A stretch of DNA of 32,000 nt, from positions 2,580,001 to 2,612,000 of the forward strand of contig NC_014729.1 in assembly GCF_000172995.2 (NCBI RefSeq). The letters are read 5' to 3'. The stretch is from Halogeometricum borinquense DSM 11551. Lineage in GTDB: Archaea; Halobacteriota; Halobacteria; Halobacteriales; Haloferacaceae. Made by a program: the position numbers and the translations under genes. Each line of letters opens with the position of its first letter. Positions within the stretch are counted from its first letter, which is position 1. Shown piece after piece: positions 8,071 to 17,306 of this stretch. The notes under the pieces are model-generated. The model was not told where the DNA came from, did no database searches, and worked only from the letters and a program-made list of their open reading frames with translations.

Positions 8071-9123
8071 TCAGCCGTGGGTGATGAAGTGGGCCATATC
8101 GAGCATCCGGTTCGAGAAGCCATACTCGTTGTCGTACCACGTCAGGATCTTGTAGAGACCGCCGTCGTTGACCATGTTCGTAGACTGAAGATCAACCGTC
8201 GAGGAGAACGGCAGACCGACGATATCCGAGGAGACGACTTCGTCGTCAGTGTACCCGAGGACGCCCGCGAGCGGACCGGAGTCAGCAGCGTCACGGAAGG
8301 CGTCGTTTAGTTCTTCGACCGACGGTGTCTCGTCCAGTGAGACGACGAGTTCCGTGATCGAACCGTTGGGGACGGGGACGCGCATCGCCATTCCGTCGAG
8401 TTTGCCGTCCAGTTGCGGCAGAATCTCGGTCGCGGCCTGTGCGGCACCCGTCGAGGTTGGGACGATATTCTCGGCGGCGGCGCGGCCGCGGCGCTTCTTG
8501 GCCTTCGGGCCGTCGATGAGGTTCTGCGATCCGGTGTAGGCGTGGACCGTCGTCAACAGACCGGACTCGATGCCGAACTCTTCGTCGAGGACTTTCGCCA
8601 CGGGCGTGACGGAGTTCGTCGTACACGAGGCGTTCGAGACTACGTCCTCGCCGTCGTACTCGTCGTGATTGACGCCGTAGACTATCTGTTTGACCGGTTC
8701 CTCGCCCTTCGGCGGTGCGGAGATGAGAACCTTATGTGCGCCCGCATCGAGGTGTGCGGAAGCGTCCTGCTTGGTGCGGAAAATGCCCGTACATTCGAGC
8801 GCAACGTCCACGTTGAGTTCGTCCCACGGCAGTTCGGCGGGACTCTGGATGTTGAAAAGCGGGACGGACGTGTCGCCCGCGACGAGTTCGTCGCCGTCGA
8901 GAGAGACCTCATCCTGCCGGCCCATCACCGTATCGTACTTGGCGAGATAGGCCATGTCCTCGAAGTCCATCACGTCGTTGATGCCGACGAGTTCCACCTT
9001 CGGATTCTCCATCACCGCGCGGAACACGTTCCGCCCGATCCGACCGAACCCGTTCAGGCCGACGCGAACTACGTCGTCGTCACCCACCTTCTCACCAGCG
9101 GCGAGGTATGATTTTTCACTCAT
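8071..9123 (-). CDS. gap: glyceraldehyde-3-phosphate dehydrogenase, type I (bacterial-like)
   Basis: ..VGLNGFGRIGRNVFR.., catalytic ..SNASCTTNS.. and ..WYDNEYGFS.. are typical of type I GAPDH. Confidence 0.92.
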   Translation of the reverse strand: MSEKSYLAAGEKVGDDDVVRVGLNGFGRIGRNVFRAVMENPKVELVGINDVMDFEDMAYLAKYDTVMGRQDEVSLDGDELVAGDTSVPLFNIQSPAELPWDELNVDVALECTGIFRTKQDASAHLDAGAHKVLISAPPKGEEPVKQIVYGVNHDEYDGEDVVSNASCTTNSVTPVAKVLDEEFGIESGLLTTVHAYTGSQNLIDGPKAKKRRGRAAAENIVPTSTGAAQAATEILPQLDGKLDGMAMRVPVPNGSITELVVSLDETPSVEELNDAFRDAADSGPLAGVLGYTDDEVVSSDIVGLPFSSTVDLQSTNMVNDGGLYKILTWYDNEYGFSNRMLDMAHFITHG

Positions 9124-9400
9124 ATCCGAGTATTATCGGTCAAGATACTTGAATCCATATGTCTCTCGATAGATGAAACGGGCGAAATCAGCGCCATAAG
9201 AGAGTCGTACTGTCGTTTTAGCGTGAACAATGATTGAAATCGGCACGGAGACGCTCAGAACGAGGCACACAAGGACGAGCAGATACATTCACAGCTGCGC
9301 AGTATCGAACACCGGCGGGAACTCTCGGGGGGAGGCGCACGGCGTCGGTATCTGCTCGGGGGAGAAGGCTTTTGAAAGGTACAGACTAAAGGTCGTCTGC

Positions 9401-9763
9401 ATGAGAGACGATCGCGACGATCCGTTCGACAACATCTTCGATGAAATCGAACGGATGATGAACGAGATGACCGGTGGTGACTCCACTGGATTCGCCTCGG
9501 AGACCCACATCGACGTGTATGATGAGGGCGAGGCCATTCGACTCGTCGCGGACCTTCCGGGTGTGGAGAAGGACGCAATTGACCTGAAGTGCGACGGTAA
9601 AACGCTTACAGTGAGTGCAGCAAGCGACCGTCGAGAGTACGACGAACGAATCCGCCTCCCCGTCCGAGTGGACGAACATTCCGCGGACGCGTCGTTCAAC
9701 AACGGCGTCCTACAGGTCACATTCGAGAAGACAGGGGACTCTGCGGCTATCGACCTCGAATAG
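9401..9763 (+). CDS. hsp20: Hsp20/alpha-crystallin small heat-shock protein
   Basis: The alpha-crystallin domain is visible (..IDVYDEGEAIRLVADLPGV.KD.I.L.., ..ASFNNGVLQVTFEK). The start is taken at the ATG at 9401, about 25 nt after a cttttgaaagg TATA-like stretch. Confidence 0.85.
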   Translation: MRDDRDDPFDNIFDEIERMMNEMTGGDSTGFASETHIDVYDEGEAIRLVADLPGVEKDAIDLKCDGKTLTVSAASDRREYDERIRLPVRVDEHSADASFNNGVLQVTFEKTGDSAAIDLE

Positions 9764-9841
9764 CCGTCACCACAACCGCCGACCCGGTACTGTAAACGGG
9801 CACCGCATACGAGACCGACGGCGGCCTAATCCGATTCTTCT

Positions 9842-10699
9842 TTACGACTGCTCGGCAGTACGGCGTATCAGCGCCGCCAGTCTGTCCCAAAAGTCAGACG
9901 CGTACTTCTCGTGGTCTATCGTCGGCCGGGCGTTCGTCTCGGAGACGACTGTCAGCTCGCCGGTGACCAGCAGATCAACACCGAGATAGTCGATACCAAG
10001 CGCTTCGGCCACCGAAACGGCTAATTCTCGGTGTCGTTCTGAAACCGTCAGTTCGGTCGCCTCTGCGCCCCGGTGAACGTTGTGTTTCCAGCGGCCCTCG
10101 TCGAGTGACTCGGGGAGTCGGCGTTCGACGCCACCGACAACCTCTCCGTCAAGCACCATAATTCGGTAGTCTCGGGCGTTCGGGACAAACTCCTGAATCA
10201 GATACGACTTGTCGCCCGTCGCCCGGTAGTCGTGCACGAGGTTCAGATAATCGACAACGCCGAGCAGCGAATCCACGTCGGACACCTTGGCGACGCCGAC
10301 GCCGCGTGTCGCGGAGTTGGGTTTGACGACCAACGGGAACGAGAGATCCGCGACGGCGTTGATCACCGTCTCCTCATCTACGGGATTCGACACCATGCGC
10401 GTCTCGGGGACGGGCAGTCCCGCCCGCGACAACGCCGCAATCACGCCCGCTTTGTTCCGCGATGAGAGCACCGCCTCGCGGCCGTTCACCCACGGAAGCT
10501 GTCGCTGTGCGGTCAACGCACCGCCCTCCATCAGCCGCGTCGGATAAACGAATCCCACGTCGAAGTCGTCAGCGGTATCGGTCAGGCGAATGGTTCGCGA
10601 GACCGCAGAGAGGTGTTCGACGGCGATATCCCGCGCTGCGAGTGGCTGCTGCATCCGGTCGAACGTCTCGCTAGATGTCGTCACCGCCAGTCGAAGCAT
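9842..10699 (-). CDS. RimK-family ATP-grasp ligase (alpha-L-glutamate ligase-like)
   Basis: ATP-grasp layout (..SRNKAGVIAALSRAGLPVP.T.., ..FPLVVKP..ATRGVGV.., ..YLIQEFV.., ..DYRIMVLDGEVVG.., ..GVDLL..). The substrate cannot be inferred. Confidence 0.75.
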   Translation of the reverse strand: MLRLAVTTSSETFDRMQQPLAARDIAVEHLSAVSRTIRLTDTADDFDVGFVYPTRLMEGGALTAQRQLPWVNGREAVLSSRNKAGVIAALSRAGLPVPETRMVSNPVDEETVINAVADLSFPLVVKPNSATRGVGVAKVSDVDSLLGVVDYLNLVHDYRATGDKSYLIQEFVPNARDYRIMVLDGEVVGGVERRLPESLDEGRWKHNVHRGAEATELTVSERHRELAVSVAEALGIDYLGVDLLVTGELTVVSETNARPTIDHEKYASDFWDRLAALIRRTAEQS

Positions 10700-10841
10700 C
10701 AGCTACGGGTTAGCTGGAGAGTGTAAAAGTAACCGGGTCCCGGCGGCTTGCCGGGCGATTCGGAGGGAAGCTATACGACTCGCACTCGCGTCGAAGACGA
10801 GACGGTCTCCCCCCGAGAAAGCCGAAGAGACGGTCTCCCGA

Positions 10842-11372
10842 TTAGGAGACGAGCAGTTCTTCGCCTTTCTCAACGTCGATGCGGCACGGCGGCGACATCT
10901 TGTTGTAGGCGCGGCGAAGCGCGTCCTTGGCGATGGGCGCATCCTCGACGTCGCAGTAGATGGTGAAGACGCGGTCGTTGCGCTGGATGCGCGCGGCGGT
11001 GCCGACGACCTTCCCGAAGGACTGACGCATCCCGTCGGAAACACGGTCCGCACCTGCACCGGTTGCCTGCTTGTTCTCACGCAGGACCTGGTGGGGGAAC
11101 TTGCGGAGCACCATCTTGTAGTTCTTCTGTCCAACCTGTTTCAGCATGACACGGTTCGCCGACAGACGCGCAGATTCCAGCGAGCCGTGACGGATCTGGC
11201 ACTCCTCTTCGAGGCGGAGGCTGATCTGAACCGGGTAGTCCTCGGGGCCGGTCTGCAGGTTACCCATGTTGTGCTGTGCGATTTTCGAACCGGGAATTCC
11301 AGTGATGTACTCGCGTCGAGTGTACGACGGCTTGTCGATGGTGCGGTACATCGAGGCAGGTTTGTCAGCCAT
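10842..11372 (-). CDS. rpl10e: 50S ribosomal protein uL16 (L10e)
   Basis: [31 protein letters not shown].. is typical of archaeal L10e. The ATG at 11372 is preferred over the extended track ORF. Confidence 0.9.
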   Translation of the reverse strand: MADKPASMYRTIDKPSYTRREYITGIPGSKIAQHNMGNLQTGPEDYPVQISLRLEEECQIRHGSLESARLSANRVMLKQVGQKNYKMVLRKFPHQVLRENKQATGAGADRVSDGMRQSFGKVVGTAARIQRNDRVFTIYCDVEDAPIAKDALRRAYNKMSPPCRIDVEKGEELLVS

Positions 11373-11496
11373 GGTTACTTGTGCGGAAGAACGGTCATGC
11401 GGCCTAAAAGCGCTTCGAAGCATCAGCCGCTCACAATACCGTGTGTGTCCATCTCACGACCGGAGCGTTCTCGTCGCGTGCGAACGATGTACACGT

Positions 11497-12156
11497 ATGA
11501 TACTCGTTCTGGAGAACGAGGTGAATCCGGAGACGCGCTACTTCGTGCCAGAGATTCGACGACATCTCGAAGCCGCCGGTGCGACCGTCCGCAGCTATCC
11601 GTTCGCAGAGCACGGTGGCAGACCGGACGTACTCCACGCGGCGGACGCTGTCGTCCTCTCGGGGAGTACCGCAGGCGTCTACGAGACGGAGACGTATCCA
11701 TGGATGGACGACTTGCGTGAACTCGTTCGAGAACTGGTCGCCGAGAAAGTGCCGACGCTCGCCGTCTGCTTCGGGCACCAGCTCGTCAACGATGCCCTCG
11801 GCGGAGCCGTCGAACACCACGGTCTCCACGCCGGTATCGACCCGGTTCGGTTCGCAGACGACCCTCTGTTCGACGGCGTCGGCACGCGTGTCCCCCTCGT
11901 CCACAGCGACGTGGTGACCGAACTCGGTGCAGGGATGGAAGCTATCGCCGCCGCGGACTACTACCCGAATCTCGCCAGTCGGCACCGAGACGCGCCGCTG
12001 TGGACCGTGCAGTATCATCCGGAGTTCACGGAACAACTGTTCCCCTCTATCGAGTCAGACTTCGAGTGGCCCGAGGATCCGGCCCACCGCGACTTCGACG
12101 GCGTGACGGTCGAGCGGACGTTCGAGAACTTCGTCCGCCTCGTGGGCGCGCGGTGA
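11497..12156 (+). CDS. class I glutamine amidotransferase-like protein
   Basis: GATase1 nucleophile elbow ..LAVCFGHQL.. and ..VQYHPEF... Start at MILVLENE; the upstream part of the track ORF overlaps rpl10e antisense. Confidence 0.75.
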   Translation: MILVLENEVNPETRYFVPEIRRHLEAAGATVRSYPFAEHGGRPDVLHAADAVVLSGSTAGVYETETYPWMDDLRELVRELVAEKVPTLAVCFGHQLVNDALGGAVEHHGLHAGIDPVRFADDPLFDGVGTRVPLVHSDVVTELGAGMEAIAAADYYPNLASRHRDAPLWTVQYHPEFTEQLFPSIESDFEWPEDPAHRDFDGVTVERTFENFVRLVGAR

Positions 12157-12161
12157 TTAAT

Positions 12162-12938
12162 TTAGTCCCGTGCAGTGCCTTCGTCGTCTACACCGCCCGG
12201 ATTACCTTCGCCGTCCGCTTCCGCAGCGATAGGTTCGGCGGCAACGAACGATAATCCGTTCTCCGCCAGCAACTCCTGCGTGCGGTCGGTTACGGAGGGA
12301 GCAACGAGGATGCCACGCACGCCTTCGTCGGGAAACTCCTCGTCCAGCGCTTCCACGTACCGCTGGAGTTGGCTGGCCGCGGAGGGACCAACGCGACGTC
12401 GCTTCAACTCCACGACGACCGGCTTCCCGTCCGCGTCCGCACCGAAGATGTCAACCGGTCCCGCAGTCGTTTCGCGTTCTGTCGCCTGCGGCACGAATCC
12501 CGCTTCAACGAGTGCAGGATCGTCGAGGATGCGCTGTCTGAGGTCCTCCTCGCTCCCCCGCAGTTGGAGGTCACTTCTGTCCGTCACCTCGTAGGCCGAC
12601 ACCTGTTCGATCCGTTCGAAGGCGACGTCGAGATGTTCTTGCGGCGTCGAGCGCTCGCTTCGGACGCGAAGTCGGCCGTCGCGGACGCTCGCGCGGTGCG
12701 TACACCCCGGTGGTTGCCAGTTGACGGGCTTTCGCTTCTCGTCGGTGTGGACGAGGATGGTTCCGTCCGGTTTGCAGACGACGAGTCGTTCGCCCGGCCC
12801 GAGACTCGACGAAGCACGGCCGTCGTACTCGACCGTACAGCGTCCGAACATCGTCACCATCCGTCCATCGCCGAACGCCTCCTCTAGTAAGTAGAGCGCG
12901 TCGCGGTGCGTCGGCCGGTGTAGCGTCGTTGCCGTCAT
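12162..12938 (-). CDS. nucS: endonuclease NucS (EndoMS)
   Basis: The N-terminal half (..GRCTVEYDGRA.S.L..G.RL.V.KPDGT.LVH..) and the RecB-like C-terminal half (..VDIFG.D..G.PVVVELKRRR.., ..QL.RYV..) are present. The start is taken at MTATTLH. Confidence 0.85.
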   Translation of the reverse strand: MTATTLHRPTHRDALYLLEEAFGDGRMVTMFGRCTVEYDGRASSSLGPGERLVVCKPDGTILVHTDEKRKPVNWQPPGCTHRASVRDGRLRVRSERSTPQEHLDVAFERIEQVSAYEVTDRSDLQLRGSEEDLRQRILDDPALVEAGFVPQATERETTAGPVDIFGADADGKPVVVELKRRRVGPSAASQLQRYVEALDEEFPDEGVRGILVAPSVTDRTQELLAENGLSFVAAEPIAAEADGEGNPGGVDDEGTARD

Positions 12939-13047
12939 CTGAACTGCGTGCCCGGCTTTCGAAGCCACGAGGTAAAAAGAGCGCGTCGGGCGATTGGGCG
13001 ACTCACGGACGCGACGATATTTCCCGCTGTACGACGTAGTGTGTTGT

Positions 13048-13503
13048 ATGTCGCCATCCAACGTGGAGGGGTTCGAGCCGATTCAGGGAAACCCGATGAC
13101 GGACGAGGAAGTGGACGCATTCTTGCGTGAACACGGCGTCGGCGTACTCGCACTCACAGACGGAGAACGGGCGTATGGCGTGCCGATATCGTTCGGGTAC
13201 GACGGAGACAACCTGTACTTCGTGTTCCTCCGAGGAGAGACGAGTCGGAAAGAGGAGTTCGCTGAGAAGACGGCGGGGGCGACGTTGACGGTGTTCGATG
13301 TCGCGGGGCGGTACGAGTGGCAAAGCGTCATCGTCAGCGGAACGATTCGACCGGTCGAGGACGACGAGTGGGACGCAGTCGTCTCTGCAATGGAGGCCAA
13401 CGCGTGGTTCCCGAGCCTGTTCTCGGAATCCGAACCGATGCGGGGTATCGGCGGGTGGACACTCGATATCGCGGAAGCGACCGGGCTCAGAAATCGGCCG
13501 TAA
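13048..13503 (+). CDS. pyridoxamine 5'-phosphate oxidase family (split-barrel flavin-binding) protein
   Basis: ..MTDEEVDAFLREHGVGVLALTDGERAYGVPISFGYDGDNLYF.. is typical of the PNPOx-like family. The ATG at 13096 is an alternative start. Confidence 0.7.
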   Translation: MSPSNVEGFEPIQGNPMTDEEVDAFLREHGVGVLALTDGERAYGVPISFGYDGDNLYFVFLRGETSRKEEFAEKTAGATLTVFDVAGRYEWQSVIVSGTIRPVEDDEWDAVVSAMEANAWFPSLFSESEPMRGIGGWTLDIAEATGLRNRP

Positions 13504-13522
13504 AGCGGTGCCGACTGCTGGC

Positions 13523-13900
13523 TCAACTGTCGTCTAGCCGTCGGGAGACGAGTCGGTAGGCCGCTGCTCCGCAGACGGCACCGATGGTGTTCGCCGCCGC
13601 GTCCCCGAGACTGAACGTCCGCGTCGGGAGCGCCGCTTGCATCAGTTCCACACCGCTACCGAGTACGACAGCGACAACGACGGCCAAAGCGAGTCCGCGA
13701 ACGTCTCGCGCCCGGAGTGCAACGCCCGCGAGGAACGCCGTCACGGCATAGGCTCCGAAGTGGACTACCTTGTCGAGACCGAGACCGAATAGCCCCGCCG
13801 AAACGGGAGCACCCGACTGCACGGGGACGGCAGAGACGATAACGACGAGGGCACACCAACAGACGAGAGAGACGATGCGCACGCGACGTGAGAGATGCAT
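13523..13900 (-). CDS. VanZ-like membrane protein
   Basis: Four hydrophobic segments with the ..DKVVHFGAYA.. and ..D..AN..GA.. motifs of VanZ. Confidence 0.7.
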   Translation of the reverse strand: MHLSRRVRIVSLVCWCALVVIVSAVPVQSGAPVSAGLFGLGLDKVVHFGAYAVTAFLAGVALRARDVRGLALAVVVAVVLGSGVELMQAALPTRTFSLGDAAANTIGAVCGAAAYRLVSRRLDDS

Positions 13901-14098
13901 CCGTACAAAGCCCTTCGCACGTCGTCACCCTGAGCGTTTCCTCTACGGTCGTCGTTGGTGGTATACTGGCGAGGTCGGAGTCGAGCCGCACGGCTCAGAA
14001 GTATAAGTAGTTCAGAGAACTGCCGTGTACGGACCGAACTCAATCGACCGCCGCGTCGTCAGCCTCCGTCCGCTACGCTGTTCGAAGTAATCGCCGAT

Positions 14099-14293
14099 TT
14101 ACAGGCGGGTGACGTTCTTCGCGCGAGGGCCCTTCGGGGCGTCCTCGATCTCGAACTCGATCTCCGTACCCTCTTCGAGGTCCGGGCCGCCGACATCTTC
14201 CATGTGGAAGAAAACGTCCTCGTCGTGGTCCTCAGTCTCTATGAATCCGTAGCCGCCTGTGTCGTTGAAGAAATCAACTTTGCCTTCTGCCAT
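14099..14293 (-). CDS. csp: cold-shock domain protein (CspA family)
   Basis: The 64-aa product MAEGKVDFFNDTGGYGFIETEDHDEDVFFHMEDV.. carries the RNP1/RNP2 motifs. The upstream 120 aa of track ORF 14099..14662 are non-coding. Confidence 0.92.
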   Translation of the reverse strand: MAEGKVDFFNDTGGYGFIETEDHDEDVFFHMEDVGGPDLEEGTEIEFEIEDAPKGPRAKNVTRL

Positions 14294-14516
14294 AGCCTGT
14301 GAACCAAGCCGCCCCCCACTGATAACCCTTCCGAGAATGTTCTCCGAGAGAAAAATCGCAGGAACAGCGCGAAGCAGCCTGTACGGGCTAGTATCTGCAA
14401 TATCACCGTGTGTTATATGAGAGAATAGAACAAGCACACAGAAGCGTTGGGACCGAGTTAGCAGACAGTTCGAGTCTGAAATTCGACGCCATCTCGAAGG
14501 GACGAGAGTGCGGACG

Positions 14517-15221
14517 CTACGCGAGTCCCGCAACGTCCGGATGGTCGAGATGCACGCGCTGCTTCGGTGGCAGACCGCGAGACGACGCGGTGAAGATTTC
14601 GTCGCGGATCCGTTGCCATTGTTCGTGTCTGCAGAGGACGTATACGGGAACCGCTTCGACATCTAACAGTGATGCGATGGCGAATCTGTGAAATCCCTCA
14701 GTCCAGTAGATATCTCCAGAGCGACCGATAACTACGAGCGGTTCCAAGTGGTGGGCGTACGCGTCTTCGTAGGCGCTGTCGTCCGCCGCTTCGTGCGTCG
14801 CATCCGCGTTTGATCGATACCCCTCCCGTTCGATTTTCCGGTACAGTTCGTCGAGATACGTACATCGGACATTTCTGTACGCATCGATACTCTCGTAACC
14901 ACGAACCCGTTTGCCGTTCTCAAACTGCTCTTTCGCTCGACGATATAGCGCCGTCTCCTCCCAGTCGTATCCGTGCGTGAACCGTTGGTTGAGTCCGCTG
15001 TAAATCGTTGTCTCCCGTATCGGAGTGCAGTTCTCCTCTCGATCCCATCGACCCCCCTGCACCCGTCCGAGACCCCAGTTGAGTCGACACGCTCCGTTAT
15101 AATATTCGACATCCGCAGGATCGATTTCGAGGAGCTTCCACGGGTCCGCCGGCGCGGTGTACGTCCGCTCATTACAGTAGTTGTGCCACGCCGTATACTG
15201 TCGGAACTGGCGTCGGTTCAC
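14517..15221 (-). CDS. hypothetical protein with a C-terminal ParB/sulfiredoxin-like domain
   Basis: ..EPLVVIGRSGDIYWTEGFHRFAIASLLDVEAVPVYVL.. fits the ParB/Srx-fold (D/E)GxHR signature. Its composition is rich in R, Y, W and C and is much less acidic than its neighbours. The only start candidate is GTG, so the start is uncertain. Confidence 0.5.
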   Translation of the reverse strand: MNRRQFRQYTAWHNYCNERTYTAPADPWKLLEIDPADVEYYNGACRLNWGLGRVQGGRWDREENCTPIRETTIYSGLNQRFTHGYDWEETALYRRAKEQFENGKRVRGYESIDAYRNVRCTYLDELYRKIEREGYRSNADATHEAADDSAYEDAYAHHLEPLVVIGRSGDIYWTEGFHRFAIASLLDVEAVPVYVLCRHEQWQRIRDEIFTASSRGLPPKQRVHLDHPDVAGLA

Positions 15222-15367
15222 TGCTCGACGGGTACGGCGACGTGAAATAAGATTCTTGTCAAATCTTTTTCTTATCTAGGTTCTGTTAGAGAGGCCGTCT
15301 TTCGAGGAGTCGATCCGTCGTTTCGGCAGCCACTAATCTATTTTTCTTCGCCCGTCCATATTCTGTC

Positions 15368-15748
15368 GTGTCCGACGCCTCGAACGCTGCTGGCCAATTG
15401 TGGCATCGCTGGGGTCGATTCGCCGCCGTCGTCGTCATCACTGTCGTCGTTGCTCTTGGACTAGTCGCTGGCGGACTCTGGCTCTATACCGATCATCTCT
15501 ATCGAACGAGTTACGAGAGCAGTTACACCTACGACGTGGCGCTCAACACGAACGAGACGACGCGAGTAAACGTCATGACGACCGTCGAAGGGCAGAATTC
15601 GTGGTGGGTTTTCGGCTGGAGTTACGACTACTACCGCGACGCGATCAGCGTCGAACTACACGGACCGCACGGCGGATGGATGGACGCCACAGGAACCGTC
15701 GAAGTCGATACCGACCAGCGCCAGCCGCCGTCGCTCCTTGACGCGTGA
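15368..15748 (+). CDS. hypothetical membrane-anchored protein
   Basis: One N-terminal TM helix (FAAVVVITVVVALGLVAGGLWLY) followed by a Y/W/T-rich domain. GTG start, no recognisable family. Confidence 0.45.
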   Translation: MSDASNAAGQLWHRWGRFAAVVVITVVVALGLVAGGLWLYTDHLYRTSYESSYTYDVALNTNETTRVNVMTTVEGQNSWWVFGWSYDYYRDAISVELHGPHGGWMDATGTVEVDTDQRQPPSLLDA

Positions 15749-15780
15749 ATCGACGATCTGACAGACCTCAGCAGCGACGC

Positions 15781-16356
15781 CTACAAGGCAGAGAACAGCG
15801 GGAGAGCCGACTGGAAGCGCACCGCAAGCGCCGGAATCGCCGTTCCGAGCGTTACGACGGCGGTCAGGAACACAACCCACTGAAGCAACACCGGCCACTT
15901 CGACGTTTCGGGCGTCCACGCACTCGAACGACGGTGGATGGCGTAGACGACCGGAGTCGCAAGCAGGACGAATGCGGCCGGGATTCCGGCGATGAGTGGT
16001 ACCGGGCCGATGATCGGTCGCATGAAGTCGGACGTACGTATCGGTTCGAACAGGAACAGAAACGTGATTCCGTACCCGATCCCGAACAGGATAGCGAGAA
16101 GAAGGTACCGCGGGCGAAACGCCACACGCCACGGCGATATCTCAGCCTCAGGCTGTCCGCCTGAAGCGAGGGTGAGGTACCGACGGACGTCGGGAAAGAC
16201 GTAGAGAAACGGGACCGAGAGGACGGCACCGAGAAGGCCGATTCCGCCGGTGATCGCAAAGATGAGAACCATCGACACCACGGCAATAAACAGGATGTAC
16301 AGCCCGAAGCTGATGAGGGAATCGAGCGGTGTCAGTTGAAGCGATACGAATGACAC
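15781..16356 (-). CDS. hypothetical polytopic membrane protein
   Basis: About 5-6 hydrophobic segments. GTG start with ttgttatacgag (minus-strand sense) about 20-27 nt upstream. No recognisable family. Confidence 0.5.
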   Translation of the reverse strand: MSFVSLQLTPLDSLISFGLYILFIAVVSMVLIFAITGGIGLLGAVLSVPFLYVFPDVRRYLTLASGGQPEAEISPWRVAFRPRYLLLAILFGIGYGITFLFLFEPIRTSDFMRPIIGPVPLIAGIPAAFVLLATPVVYAIHRRSSAWTPETSKWPVLLQWVVFLTAVVTLGTAIPALAVRFQSALPLFSAL

Positions 16357-16446
16357 AACGTGTATTCGTTACTCGTATAACAATTCACTCTCGGTTCGGT
16401 GGCGGGACCGAGAGAGCGTCCGACGCGTCGCTGCCATCGGCGGGAC

Positions 16447-17178
16447 TCACAGTTCGACAGCCATCATCACCTCGTCTACGAACGTGCCGTCGAGCGTGTA
16501 GTGATCCCGTCGAATACCTTCCGTGTGCCAGTCGTGGGCTTCGAGGAAGGCAATTGCCTCGTCGTTGATCGCCGGGATGCTGTTGTACGCCTTGCGGTAA
16601 CCGTTCGCCTTCGCCCATTCGAGTGCGCGCTCCAGCAACCGACTCCCGATGCCTCGTCCTCGGTACGCCTCTCGCACCCCGACAGTCACCTGGACGGTGT
16701 TCTGGAGCTTTTCGATCTGCGGTAAGTCGAGGTGCGTCCAGCCGAGGATATCGTCGTTGTGTGCCGCCATGAAGAATACGCGCGATTCGACGGTGTTGTG
16801 TCGGACAATCGTATCCTCGTAGAGGAGTTGTTCGGCGATGCTCTCGGCGACGACGTACTCCGACGACTCTGTGACGTCCCGGATTGTATCGATGAGTTGG
16901 TCGAAATCATCGGTCCGCGCCGGGCGGATCGAGTAGGTGAGGTCGCCACTCGCGTATCGTTCGACAGAGCCGGCATCGAGGACGACTCTGAGCGTTCCTC
17001 CCTCCTCTTCGAGGTATCCGTTAGTGGTGAGTCGCTCCAGTTCCTCGCGGAACTCCTCGGCCGGGAGTTCGACCATGTCTCGAACCCGATGGCGTGCGGC
17101 GGTACCGTGCCGTTCGACGAACTGGTAAATTTCCTTGCTAGCCTCCGTCTCGAAGGTCGGTCGGTCGAGCGTCTCCAT
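16447..17178 (-). CDS. GNAT family N-acetyltransferase with an N-terminal winged-helix-like domain
   Basis: The acetyl-CoA binding motif ..VREAYRGRGIGSRLLERALEWAK.. lies in the C-terminal half. The N-terminal ~75 aa (..IYQFVERHGTAARHRV...LTTNGYLEEEG..) looks like a wHTH. Confidence 0.8.
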   Translation of the reverse strand: METLDRPTFETEASKEIYQFVERHGTAARHRVRDMVELPAEEFREELERLTTNGYLEEEGGTLRVVLDAGSVERYASGDLTYSIRPARTDDFDQLIDTIRDVTESSEYVVAESIAEQLLYEDTIVRHNTVESRVFFMAAHNDDILGWTHLDLPQIEKLQNTVQVTVGVREAYRGRGIGSRLLERALEWAKANGYRKAYNSIPAINDEAIAFLEAHDWHTEGIRRDHYTLDGTFVDEVMMAVEL

Positions 17179-17306
17179 GTCTCGGGTCTACGAAGAGGGT
17201 GGTCTTAGCCTTGTTGTGTGATAGCGTGCAACTTATCCCGAGGAGCGTTGCTGAATTCCGGGGGAGAGGGCGAACGGTTATATTGTATTACGGACATTTT
17301 CGTCGT

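Noticed and set aside
9124-9400. TrmB-like motif search in the gapI/hsp20 divergent intergenic region (GAGTA-N13-TACT at about 9127-9148).
   Set aside because: The half-site order and spacing do not fit TACT-N7-8-GAGTA.
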